Shown here piece by piece: positions 29,788-39,915 of a DNA stretch of 64,000 nucleotides. How positions within the stretch are numbered: the stretch's first letter is position 1; the number at the start of each line of letters is the position of its first letter. The stretch lies in contig CAVYSY010000052.1 of assembly GCA_963771175.1 (NCBI GenBank), positions 128,001-192,000 on the forward strand, in the 5' to 3' direction. This DNA is from an uncultured delta proteobacterium. GTDB taxonomy: Bacteria; Myxococcota; Myxococcia; Myxococcales; Myxococcaceae. The notes beneath the pieces are model-generated. The model ran no database searches. It was given only the letters and a program-made list of their open reading frames with translations, and had not been told where the DNA came from. A program made the translations under genes and the position numbers.

Positions 29788-29868
29788 TTCAAGACCGCGC
29801 CCGGCAGCCCCCCTTCCGCCCATGTCGATGCGCTGTTGCGTGATGTTCCTCTACGTCTGAAACTCGAA

Positions 29869-30561
29869 TCAAATCGCCAGGAGAGAAGGCAGCTCCGCAA
29901 CGGACTGAAGCGTGAACCGGGGCGCCGGCAAATGGGCCGGCAAAGGCAGAGCCTTGGCGTTTATCCAGCAGAAATCCATACCCGCGTTCAGAGAACCCAG
30001 ATAATCGCTGGTGAGGGAGTCACCGACCATGAGGGTATGGGCGGGGGCGGTCTTCAGCTCCATCAGCGCGATGTCGAAAATCTCCTTCTGGGGCTTCGAC
30101 GTGGCGACCTCCTCGGAGATGACGAAGGACTGAAACCACCGTCCCAAGGAGAGGTGGTGATATTTCGCCTTCTGGATGTGGGTAATCCCGTTGGTGACGA
30201 TGCCCAACCTATATCGACGCTCGAGCAAGGAGAGCGCTTCCGCCGTGCCCGGTATCCAGCGCGCGGTCGTACCCAGCTCGTTCTCATAGAAGGCAGCCAC
30301 CCGCTCCGCCTCCATGCTTGCTCCCAGGGCCTCTGAAAGAAGCTGGAATCGCTTCAGCCGGAGCTGACCTACTGGCAGCTGGGTGCTTTCCACTGCCTTC
30401 CACAACGATTGATTTATCTGATGAAAGCGGCTGTTGAAGGCCTCCTTTTCCGCGAAGGCCCTGTAGAAACTCTCATAGACGAGCGCCAGCGCCGAGGTCT
30501 CCGAGGCCTTGAAGTCAATCAAGGTGTCATCGAGGTCGAAGAGGATGCCCTGGTAGCTCAT
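29869..30561 (-). CDS. yjjG: YjjG-family HAD pyrimidine nucleotidase
   Basis: LFDLDDTLIDF, IVTNG, ISEEV..SKP, MVGDSLTSD. Confidence 0.85.
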   Translation of the reverse strand: MSYQGILFDLDDTLIDFKASETSALALVYESFYRAFAEKEAFNSRFHQINQSLWKAVESTQLPVGQLRLKRFQLLSEALGASMEAERVAAFYENELGTTARWIPGTAEALSLLERRYRLGIVTNGITHIQKAKYHHLSLGRWFQSFVISEEVATSKPQKEIFDIALMELKTAPAHTLMVGDSLTSDYLGSLNAGMDFCWINAKALPLPAHLPAPRFTLQSVAELPSLLAI

Positions 30562-32303
30562 GACTCTTTCCTCGAGCGGCCGAGCAGCACCGCCAGCACG
30601 ACGAGACCCAGCGCCCCGAGGCCACTGCCCGTGGCCACCGGCACCGCCCCACACCCGAAGCCCACCCGCAGCGCGAGCGCGTCCCCCACGGTGAAGCCCA
30701 GCGGCTCCGAGAGCCCACCCCGCACGCCGAGCTGCTCGGCCCAGGCACGCGCCTCGTGGGGGCCCTTGGCGAGCGCCGGGCTGGCCTCGACGGCGAAGCC
30801 ACCCGCGCTGTCCGCCACCACGGGCGAGCCCAGGGGGGCCCCGTCAATGAACACCTGCACCGTGGCTCCGGGCGCCGTCTTGCCCTCGAGGCGCGCCGAG
30901 GGGTCCACGTCGACCGCGCCCCTTCCGGGAGAGACCCAGGTCACCGTGGGCGCGGTGAAGCCCTGGTCGATAGTCGTCGAGCCTCCCGCGGAGTCCGGCG
31001 CTCCCTCGGTGACGGGCTCGGCCCCCCAGTTCCCCGCGGTGGGCGTGGAGCCCGCCAGCCCCCCGTTCACGGAGGTGACACACCCCGCCTCCACGCCCGC
31101 CACACCCTGGATGAAGAGCCGCCCGCCACCGCCTCCGCCTCCGGGGGAGACGTCGCTGTTGGCCCCCGCGCCACCCCGGGCCTCCACCCCCGTGCAGCCG
31201 AACTGCGTCTCGATGCGCACGTGTACCGTGCCGCCCGCGCCGCCTCCACCTCCACCTCCGTGCGTCGCCGCGAGGGGCGTGGCGCCATTGGCGGTGATGA
31301 AGCCGCGAGGACGGGGACCCTGCAGCTCCCGGGCCCGGAAGAAGATGATGCCGCCGCCCGCGCCTCCGTTCGTCCCCTCGAGGCCGGCGCCTCCGCCGCC
31401 GCCGAGCAACAGGCGCTCCCAGTGCTGGTAGCGCAGCGCAGCGCCGCCGTGGCCACCCACGACGCGCGCGGAGTCGTCCGAGCCGGAGTTGCCTCCCCGC
31501 CCGCCCCTGCCGACGTGACCGCCTCCGCCTCCGCCCGCGTCGTGGCAGTTGCCGCCTCCGCCCGCGTTGCCGAGTCGGCCATGCCCGTGCGTGGGCGCAC
31601 CGGCGCTCGCGCTGGCGAGGCCCTCGCCCTTGTTCGTGCCGCCTCCGCTCGCGCCCCCGCTGCCCACGGGCCCGTTCAGCGCCGCACAGCCATACAGCGC
31701 CGTGGCCACTCCGGTCTCGGCCACGCCGCCCCGGAAGCCCGCGCCATCCGCCACCAGCGAGCCCTGGTTGAAGACCGTGCCGGTGACCAGGAAGGCCAGC
31801 ACGCCTCCGTTGCGCCCGTTCCAGGGTGGCGCCTGCAGCGAGCTGCCGCTCGTCGAGATGCGCACGTCCGAGTACTCGGGCACACGCACCACCTGGCTCA
31901 CGGTGGCGAAACGGTTCACCAGCGGCGCGGTGAGGCGCAGCACCCCGGGCGCGACGCTCGCCAGTCGCGCCAGCTCCCACCGGCCCGCGCCCGAGCCCAC
32001 CAGTTCCACCGAGACGTCGGTCTCCACGACTCCGGGCAGCGCCGTGTCGCTCCCCATCTGCAGCACGAGCACCAGCTCGCCCGCGGCGAAGGCCGACACG
32101 TCCGTCACGCGCAGCTCGCTGGCTCCCGCGAGCGCCTCGGCGGTGAGCGGCGTGGAGTCGTTGATGACGGTGCCCGTGGTCCGCACCTGCAGCGAGCCAT
32201 GCTGGCCATTGCCCAGGCCGAACACGTCCACCTCGGCGCGCACCGCCACCGGTGCCAGCGCGAGCACCACGGCCAACAGCCCCAGCAGGGGGCGTGACGA
32301 CAT
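30558..32303 (-). CDS. AgmC-like Gly-rich surface protein with Ig-like domain and MYXO-CTERM-like tail
   Basis: DVFGLGNGQHG, GELVLVLQ, GRWELAR, VVRVPEY, WNG..GGVLAF, poly-Gly repeats; C-terminal GFGC + TM + RSRK. Confidence 0.8.
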   Translation of the reverse strand: MSSRPLLGLLAVVLALAPVAVRAEVDVFGLGNGQHGSLQVRTTGTVINDSTPLTAEALAGASELRVTDVSAFAAGELVLVLQMGSDTALPGVVETDVSVELVGSGAGRWELARLASVAPGVLRLTAPLVNRFATVSQVVRVPEYSDVRISTSGSSLQAPPWNGRNGGVLAFLVTGTVFNQGSLVADGAGFRGGVAETGVATALYGCAALNGPVGSGGASGGGTNKGEGLASASAGAPTHGHGRLGNAGGGGNCHDAGGGGGGHVGRGGRGGNSGSDDSARVVGGHGGAALRYQHWERLLLGGGGGAGLEGTNGGAGGGIIFFRARELQGPRPRGFITANGATPLAATHGGGGGGGAGGTVHVRIETQFGCTGVEARGGAGANSDVSPGGGGGGGRLFIQGVAGVEAGCVTSVNGGLAGSTPTAGNWGAEPVTEGAPDSAGGSTTIDQGFTAPTVTWVSPGRGAVDVDPSARLEGKTAPGATVQVFIDGAPLGSPVVADSAGGFAVEASPALAKGPHEARAWAEQLGVRGGLSEPLGFTVGDALALRVGFGCGAVPVATGSGLGALGLVVLAVLLGRSRKES

Positions 32304-32426
32304 GTCCGGAACGAAGTGACGCAACGCGATGGGAGACACGGTCCCCTCCGGAGTCCAGTGCTCGTCATATGAGAGGCCCGGGGAGAACCGCAACTCAGGG
32401 ACACTCAGCATTGTCGTGGGAGCCAC

Positions 32427-33194
32427 TCAGAACCGTCCCTGCGCGAGCGAGAACACGGGCACCACGCGGCCGGGGCGCGAGACATCCGAGGCGAGCACGG
32501 GGAGCGGAGCACCCATGGAGACGCGCGCGCCGTCGACGTTGAGGAGCGCGGTGGAGGGAGCCCTCGCGGAGAAGCGCCGGTCCTCCTTGGTGAGGTTGAC
32601 GACGACGGTCTGCGCCAGGGCGACGAGGAGCCAACTGCCGACGTGGGTGGGCCAGAGGACGAGCTCGAGCCCGCCGTAGCGCATGGGCTGGGCGTACTGG
32701 ATGGCCCAGTAGGCGGCGTAGGTGGCGACGCCCGAGAGCCAGGTCCACATGAAGCTGTGGGAGTACCTCAGCTCGGTGCTGGCGATGAGCCAGATGGGGA
32801 TGGTGCTGAGGAGCGGGAGGATGGCGCCGTTGACGAGGATCATCGCGTGGGTGCCCGCGCCCAGGACGGTATTCGTGCCCGCGCCCCCGGTGAAGGCATC
32901 GGTGAGGACGGCGGCCCCGAAGAGGGAGACGACCTCGACGGCCCACATGCCGCTGCCGATGAGGAGCTGCGTGCCGAAGCCGCTGAAGAACTCACCGAAG
33001 GCGCGCATGACGGAAAAGGGCGAGGAGCGCGCGGGCCTGCCGGGCAGGTGCTCGTGAGAGAGGAGCCCGTAACTCGTGGGCGCGGCGACGCTCGGCGCGA
33101 GCAGGCTGAACGAGGACGGCTCGTGCATGTCGAGCCGGGGAGCATCCGCCGGGGAGAACTGCAGGACACTGATGACGAGCAGGGTGGTGAGCAT
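32427..33194 (-). CDS. Hypothetical membrane or secreted protein
   Basis: Hydrophobic helices; C-terminal SALL...P...[11 protein letters not shown]. Confidence 0.65.
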   Translation of the reverse strand: MLTTLLVISVLQFSPADAPRLDMHEPSSFSLLAPSVAAPTSYGLLSHEHLPGRPARSSPFSVMRAFGEFFSGFGTQLLIGSGMWAVEVVSLFGAAVLTDAFTGGAGTNTVLGAGTHAMILVNGAILPLLSTIPIWLIASTELRYSHSFMWTWLSGVATYAAYWAIQYAQPMRYGGLELVLWPTHVGSWLLVALAQTVVVNLTKEDRRFSARAPSTALLNVDGARVSMGAPLPVLASDVSRPGRVVPVFSLAQGRF

Positions 33195-33260
33195 GCGTGC
33201 TCCGGGATGAAGGCGCCGGAAGGGCGCATTCCGAATCATGCCCCACCACGGCCCCTCGGC

Positions 33261-34276
33261 TCACCGCCTCCGCCCGCTCGCCGTGTCGAACCGGTGCAAC
33301 CTCCGTGGGTCGTAGCGCAGCCACACCGTGTCTCCCGTGCGGCCCTTGAAGTCCGCGGGGGCCCTCGCGATGAGGTGCTCGCCGCCCACGTCCACCGTCA
33401 CCCAGCTCTCCGCGCCCATCAACTCCACCAGGTACACCCGGCCGCTCTGTGTGCCCTCGGGCGCCGCGCCCGTGCCCACCTCCAGGTGCTCCGGCCGCAG
33501 CCCCAGCGTCACCCCCTCCTCCCGGCAGCCCCAGCGTCTCCGGCTTCACCAGGTTGATGCGCGGCGAGCCGAAGAACGCCGCCACGAACAGGTTCGCCGG
33601 TGCGTCGTACAGCTCGCGCGGCGGCGCCACCTGCTGCACCTCCCCCTGGTTCATCACCACCACCCGGTCCGACAGCGTCATCGCCTCGGCCTGGTCGTGC
33701 GTGACGTAGATGAACGTCGCCGCCAGCCGCTCGTGCAGCTTCTTGATCTCCCCCCGCATCTGCGTGCGCAGCGCCGCGTCCAGGTTCGACAGCGGCTCGT
33801 CGAACAGGAACACCTTCGGCCTGCGCACCAGCGCCCGCCCGAGCGCCACGCGCTGCCGCTGCCCTCCGGACAGCTCCTTCGGCCGGCGCGCCAGCAGCTT
33901 CTCCAACCCGAGCAGCGCCGCCGTCTCGTTCACCCGCTGCGTCGATGCTCCCCTTGTCCAGGCCCGACACCTTCAGCGGGAAGGCCAGGTTCCCCCTCAC
34001 GTCCATGTGCGGGTACAGCGCGTAGCTCTGGAACACCATGGCGATGTCCCGCTCGCGCGGCGACATGTCGTTCACCACCACGCCGTCGATGCGCAGCTCC
34101 CCGCCCGACATCTCCTCCAGCCCGGCGATGAGGTTCAGCGTCGTCGACTTGCCACACCCCGAGGGCCCCACCAACGAGACGAACTCGCCGTCGGCGATCT
34201 CCAGCGTCACATCCTTCGCCGCGACCACGCCGCCCTTGTACTCCTTGCGAACACGTTCCAGAGAGACCGTTGCCAC
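33261..34276 (-). pseudogene. Sugar ABC transporter ATPase (MalK/MsiK-like) with two frameshifts (probably assembly errors)
   Basis: [48 protein letters not shown] region LGLRPEHL. Confidence 0.88.
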
Positions 34277-34475
34277 GCCGAGCCTCCTTCGGAGTCCACC
34301 CGGCAGACTACCGACGGGGCGGCGCGGCACGGCCCTCCACCTCGGAGAGGTGTCCGGTACGAGACCGGCGCCCGGCTCCTGTCGCTCCCAGTGCAACCCG
34401 GGACACTCCCCGAGAGAGAGGCACCCCGGAGGCCGCATCTGCTAACCTCTCGGCAACGGCGAGCCGCCGTCTCCC

Positions 34476-37400
34476 ATGCGCTGTCCGGTCTGCCACCGCC
34501 GCCTCTCCCCCGGTGCCGCCTGTCCCCAGCATGCGGCGCGGCCCCGGCCCACCCCGGAACCCGAGCCCCTCCCGCTGCCCCAGGTGCCCGGGCTCCAGCT
34601 CCGCGCGTGGATTGGCTCCGGTGGCTTCTCCCGGGTGTTCTCCGCCCGGCGCGAGGAGGACGGGCGCGAGGTGGCCCTGAAGGTGGCGCTCGGCCCCTTC
34701 GCCGCGCGCTTCTCCCGCGAGGCCTCGGCGCTGCGCCGCGTGGGCCCTCCCACCGTGCCCGAGCTCTTCCACGAGGGCTCCGCCGACGGACGCCCCTACC
34801 TCGTCCTCGAGCGCCTGCGGGGCCAGACGCTCGCCGCCTGGATGGACGCGCTCCCCGGCTCGGGCGCCGCGCCCCTCTCGCACGTGAGGGACCTGCTCGC
34901 CGGACTGTGTGGCGCCCTGGAGCGCGTGCATGGCGCCGGGCTCGTCCACCGCGACCTCAAGCCGGAGAACGTCTTCCTGCGCGAGGGGGGCGCGCTCAGC
35001 CTCCTGGACTTCGGCCTCGCGCGCTTCCTCGACGGCTCCGGCTCCGAGGAGCCCGAGGAGTCCGTCAGCCTCACCCGCACCGGCCAGCGGCTCGGCACCG
35101 TCCTCTATATGGCGCCCGAGCAGTGCCTGGAGGCCCGCGACGTGGATGCGCGGGCGGACCTCTACGCGCTCGGCGTCCTCCTCTTCGAGCTGCTCACCGG
35201 CGCCCCTCCCTTCACCGGCGGGCCGGACGAGGTGCTGCACGGCCACGTCAGCCTCCGGCCGCCTCGCGTCTCCGAGCGCGCCCCCGTCCCGCCGGCCCTC
35301 GACGACGTCCTCCTGCGCTGCCTCGCCAAGGAGCGCACGGAGCGCTTCGGCACCGCCGCCGAGCTGCCTCGCCGCCTTCGACGCCGCCTGCCGCACCGCC
35401 CCTCCGCGCCCACCGCGGCGGAGGACGTGCTCGCGCCCGCGAGGCCCCAGGGCGTGCGCCCGGTGGCCCTCCTCGGCGTGCGCAGCGAGGCGCCCGTGGA
35501 CCAGCTCGTCGCGACGCTGGCTCCCGAGGGCGGGCTGCTCGCGCGCGTCCACGCGGGCCGCTACCTCGTCGCCTTCCCCGAGCACCCCTCGGCCGAGGCG
35601 GGGCTCCGCGCCGCCACCCGCGCCGCCCGGCACCTCCTCGACGCGCCCGGCACCACCGCCGTCCTCCACCTCGCGGAGCTGCACGTGCGCCCCGGCGCCA
35701 CCTTCACGCGCCTCGCGGGCACGGCCCTGGAGCAGCCGGAGTCCTGGTGGCCCGACGCGGGCCAGGGTGGAGCCGCCTCCCTCGTGGCCACTCCCGAGGC
35801 CGCCGCCCGGCTCGGGGAAGGCGCGACGACGCCGGGCCCGGAGAGCACCCTGCTGCTCACCGGAGACTCCTCCATCACCCGGGCCCCGGGAGCCACCGAG
35901 CCCCCGCCCCTCCTGGGCCGCGACGCGCTGCTCGACACGCTCCTGGCGGATGCGGCCCGCTCCTTCATCGGCCCCGGCCCCGGCTTCTCCGTCCTCACGG
36001 GCGAGGCGGGCCACGGGAAGACGCGCCTGCTCGACGCGCTCGCCACACGCCTGGAGGCGGAGGGCCGGGCCCGCGTGGTGCGCCTCGCCGCGCCCCACCC
36101 CGACGCGTCCGCGGCGGATGCCCTGCTCCATGCGCTGTGGGCGCTCGGCCATCCGGACGAGCCCACTCCTCCCGCACTGCCCTCCCGGGCCCGGCGCCAT
36201 ACCCTCGCCCGCGCCGTGGCCGAGGCCCTGCGCCACCTCGCCACCCAGCGGCCCCTGGCCCTCCTGCTGGACGACGCGCACCAGGCGGACCCCACCTCGC
36301 TGGACGCGCTGGAGATGGCCACGCTCACCGCGCTGGACGTGCCCCTGTGGGTGTGCGCCGCCGGACGCCCCGAGCTGCTCGGCCCGCGGCCACTCCTCGG
36401 CGAGCGGGCCGGCTACCTCGCACGCCACGTGCTGCCACCACTCGCGCCCGAGGCCAGCCGCGCGCTGCTGCTGCACCTGCTTCGCCCCGCCGAGTTCATC
36501 CCCGAGCCGGTGCTGGCCCGCCTGGAGCAACTGGCGCAGGGCGTGCCGCTGTCGCTGGTGGAGGTGGCCGAGGCGCTGCGGGTCTCGGGAGCCCTGCGCG
36601 AGGCCCCCGGGGGCGAGTGGTACGTGGCGGCGGACGAGCTGCTGCACGTCTCGGTGACGCCCCTCTTCGAGCGACTCGCCACGCGGGCCCTCTCCTTATT
36701 ACCCGCGGCGCACCAGGGCCTCGCGCAGCTGTGCGCGGTGCTGGGCCAGGAGCTGACGGTGGCGCAGGTGGACGCGGCGCAGCGGCACCTGGACGCGCGG
36801 GAGGACACGGCGCGAGTGGCCGGCCTGGACGCGGGAGCGGGGCTCACGAGGCTGGAGCGCGCGGGGCTGCTGCGGACGGTGGCCCCGGGCCGCTTCGCCT
36901 TCCGCCAGCCCCAACTGCGCGAGGCCCTCGAGCGCGCCCTGCCCGCCCCGTGGCGACGCGCGCTGCACGCGGCGGCCCTGCGGGGCCTGTCGGGACAGGG
37001 GGCCTCGGAGCAGCGCCGGCGCGCCCGCCATGCCGCGGCCTGCGGCGCGCACGAGGAGTCCTTCGCCGCGTGGTTCTCCCTGGGCGAGGCCGCGCGCCAG
37101 GCCCACCGCTACGTGGAGGCCGAGCAGGACTACACCCACGCCCTGGCGCAGCTCCCCGAGGGGGACACGGCGCGGCGCGCGCGGGTGCTGGCGGGACGGG
37201 GCCGGGTGCGCTACCGCACGCACCGCTTCCGCGAGGCGCTGGCGGACCTGAGCGCGGCGCGCGCGCTGGCTGGGGCGCAGGGGGACACCTCGCTGGAGGT
37301 GGACATGCTGCTGGAGGAGGCCACCGTCCTGGACTGGCTGGAGGACCCCCAGACGACGACGGCGCGCACGGCCGAGGCCCTGGAGAAGGCCGAGCACCTC

Positions 37401-38312
37401 GACGACCCACGCCTGTCCGTGCGCTGCTCGCTGGCCCGCGCGAGACAGGCCTGGAGGGAGGGAGACTGGCCACGCGCCACGCGGCTGCTGACCGCCACGG
37501 AGGAGTCCGCCCTGCTCGCGCGGGACGCGGAGACGCGCTGCATCGCGCTGATGATGATGGCCACGGGGCTGGCGCTGCAGGAGCAGGAGGAAGCGGCGGC
37601 CCGGGCCTTCGACGAGGCGCTGGCGCTGTGCCGCAAGGAGGGGGACACGCTGCACGAGGCCGCGACGCTCATCAACCGGCCCTTCCTCTGGATGCTGAGG
37701 GGGAACGTGGAGGCGGCGCTGGAGGACCTGCGGCGCGCCTCGGCGCTGGCGCGCGAGCTGGGCCACCCGCAGATCGAGCGCTGGGCCACGGGCAACCTCG
37801 CCGAGTTCCTCCATTGGGCGGGACGCACCGAGGAGGCGTACCGGCTGGCCCGGCGCGCGCGCGAGCTGGGCGAGCGCTTCTTCGCCGAGCACCCGGTGGC
37901 GGTGGACGCGGTGCTGCTGGCGCGGGTGAGCGCGGCGCGAGGAGAGCTGGAGGAGGCCCGGAAGCTGCTGGCCTGGCTCTCCGCCCGCTGCCGGCGCGAG
38001 CTCACCCCGCCCAACACCCTGGCGCTATGGAGGCTGGTGGAGCTGCGGGTGCGCGAGGCGGACACGGGCACCCGGGACGCCGAGGCCTGGAAGACGCTCG
38101 CCGCCGAGGCCCAGCCGAACACCTCGGGGGACGAGCTGACGGAGGTGCTGTACGAGGCCACCCTCTCCGCCCTCCGGGCCGGGAACCCGGACGAGGCCCG
38201 GGAGTGGCTCACCCGGGCCCAGGGCACGGCGGCGGCCTCCCCCCTGTGGCGCTCACGCCTGGAGGCATTCCGCGTTGCCTCGAAAACAACACCCACGGCG
38301 GGAGACCTGTAG
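34476..38312 (+). CDS. Ser/Thr kinase fused to a STAND-type AAA ATPase and TPR repeats
   Basis: N-terminal CPVC..CPQH; GSGGFSRV, VALK, HRDLKPEN, DFG, APE; Walker A GEAGHGKT, Walker B LLLDDAH, GVPL; TPR-like C-terminus. Confidence 0.92.
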   Translation: MRCPVCHRRLSPGAACPQHAARPRPTPEPEPLPLPQVPGLQLRAWIGSGGFSRVFSARREEDGREVALKVALGPFAARFSREASALRRVGPPTVPELFHEGSADGRPYLVLERLRGQTLAAWMDALPGSGAAPLSHVRDLLAGLCGALERVHGAGLVHRDLKPENVFLREGGALSLLDFGLARFLDGSGSEEPEESVSLTRTGQRLGTVLYMAPEQCLEARDVDARADLYALGVLLFELLTGAPPFTGGPDEVLHGHVSLRPPRVSERAPVPPALDDVLLRCLAKERTERFGTAAELPRRLRRRLPHRPSAPTAAEDVLAPARPQGVRPVALLGVRSEAPVDQLVATLAPEGGLLARVHAGRYLVAFPEHPSAEAGLRAATRAARHLLDAPGTTAVLHLAELHVRPGATFTRLAGTALEQPESWWPDAGQGGAASLVATPEAAARLGEGATTPGPESTLLLTGDSSITRAPGATEPPPLLGRDALLDTLLADAARSFIGPGPGFSVLTGEAGHGKTRLLDALATRLEAEGRARVVRLAAPHPDASAADALLHALWALGHPDEPTPPALPSRARRHTLARAVAEALRHLATQRPLALLLDDAHQADPTSLDALEMATLTALDVPLWVCAAGRPELLGPRPLLGERAGYLARHVLPPLAPEASRALLLHLLRPAEFIPEPVLARLEQLAQGVPLSLVEVAEALRVSGALREAPGGEWYVAADELLHVSVTPLFERLATRALSLLPAAHQGLAQLCAVLGQELTVAQVDAAQRHLDAREDTARVAGLDAGAGLTRLERAGLLRTVAPGRFAFRQPQLREALERALPAPWRRALHAAALRGLSGQGASEQRRRARHAAACGAHEESFAAWFSLGEAARQAHRYVEAEQDYTHALAQLPEGDTARRARVLAGRGRVRYRTHRFREALADLSAARALAGAQGDTSLEVDMLLEEATVLDWLEDPQTTTARTAEALEKAEHLDDPRLSVRCSLARARQAWREGDWPRATRLLTATEESALLARDAETRCIALMMMATGLALQEQEEAAARAFDEALALCRKEGDTLHEAATLINRPFLWMLRGNVEAALEDLRRASALARELGHPQIERWATGNLAEFLHWAGRTEEAYRLARRARELGERFFAEHPVAVDAVLLARVSAARGELEEARKLLAWLSARCRRELTPPNTLALWRLVELRVREADTGTRDAEAWKTLAAEAQPNTSGDELTEVLYEATLSALRAGNPDEAREWLTRAQGTAAASPLWRSRLEAFRVASKTTPTAGDL

Positions 38313-38405
38313 CCCCCGGAGCAACAGGGCCTCCACCCCTCCCCCTCCTCCCGAGGGAGAAGGCCCGCGGCGCCCCTGGCCCACCCCATGCAACGGCCCC
38401 AGAGC

Positions 38406-39897
38406 ATGAAATCCATGCCATTCCGGATGCTCCCTCCTTCCAAGCGCTCCCCGTTGCACTCCCTCTTCCTGGGCGTGTCGCTGCTGCTCGGCTCCGTGGG
38501 CTGCCAGTCCGCGGCCCTGTCCGAGGACGAGGCGACAGGCACGGCGGGACAGGAGATGCGCGTGGCCAACTCGCTCACCACGCTGGCGCTCGCCTACAAC
38601 GCCATCTCCACCAACCCCACGGCGAACAACCTGGTGGCGAACAACGGGCTGGCGGGGCTCTTCGATTCCGGCGCACGGCAACGGATATGTGCAGTGGCAG
38701 CTCCGGGACGTGGATGCGCAGCACTTCATGGCGTACCTGGTGGGCTGCGCGCTGGACGAGACGCAGCGCATCACCTGGAAGGACCCGCTCACCAACAACA
38801 TGGAGGAGTGGCAGGGCAAGGCGGGCCTGTGCCCCCAGTGGGAGCTGGGGCCCCCGACGGAGGCGTGCAGGCGCCGGGTGTCGGCCTGTATCCTGGCGCG
38901 CAACAACGCCTACGGCCGGCGGGTGGAGCTGTCGCTGCGCGGCGAGGACCCGAGCGACGCCACGCGCTTCGCGCTGGAGAAGAAGACAGCGGCGGTGGAC
39001 TACGACCCGGACCTGGAGCAGTACGTCCCGAGCTTCCAGACCTGTGACGTGCCCCAGAGCGGGGTGCACCGCGACTGTGGCTGGGAGGTGGGCCTCATCG
39101 GCCGGTGCGCGCCGGGCGAGACGGTGCGGCTGGGAATGGGAGGCCAGGCGCCGGACCAGTGCTCCACGGGCGCGACGTTGGGCAGCGAGGGGACGGGCCA
39201 CGGGGTGCTGCGCGTGTGCGAGGGCATCATCGGCTGCGACGAGGGCGACCAGCGCCAGCTCGCCCAGAGCGAGGGCTCGTGCGGCACGACGCTGCCGGCG
39301 GTGACGTTCATCTGCCCGGCCGCGGGGGACTTCAACGTGATGACGGCGCCGTATGACAGCGAGCAGAGCTACTCGGGCGGCGTGGAAGTGGAGCTGGGCA
39401 CGCCGGCGGACACGGCCTACGAGCTCTCCGAGAGCGACGTCTTCCACTACCGGGAGGGCGCCTTCTACGGGACGCTCTTCGACTCCTCGGCGCTGGCGGC
39501 CAACGTGTACGTGAACAAGCTCGGCGGAGTGGAGGGCAAGACGCAGCTCGTCACCGGCTCGGTGTACCGGAAGATGTTCTCCTGCTACGCGCCGGAGTGG
39601 ATGCACGGGGTGGCGTACGCCACGCACCGCGTGTGCGCGCTGCCCAACTCGGGCGCGAACTGCGCGGCCACGGTGACGGGGGCGTGCACCAACCCGAGGG
39701 AGCAGGGCTTCCCCGGCTCGGTGTGCCGCGTGGAGGACGGGTCGCTCGTCAGCGGGGATGGGGACTTCGAGCAGTGCATGGACCCGAGCAAGGAGGAGTG
39801 GCTGGAGCCCGTCACCGTCTACCTGCACACCCCCTGCGACCTGGTGCCGGATCCGACGATTTCCGACCTCTGTGTCCGGAAGTCCTCGTGGAGGTAA
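38406..39897 (+). CDS. Cys-rich secreted lipoprotein, one frameshift near 38680
   Basis: Lipobox SVGC; continues in another frame as YLVGCAL...GLCPQW...VSACILARNN..VELSLRG and EGAFYG; many Cys. Confidence 0.75.
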
Positions 39898-39915
39898 CCT
39901 CTCGGACCCGAGCCC

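Noticed and set aside
33710..39304. 1864-aa plus-strand ORF
   Set aside because: Arg/Pro/Gly/Ala-rich off-frame shadow of the kinase-STAND gene, typical of high-GC DNA; no motifs
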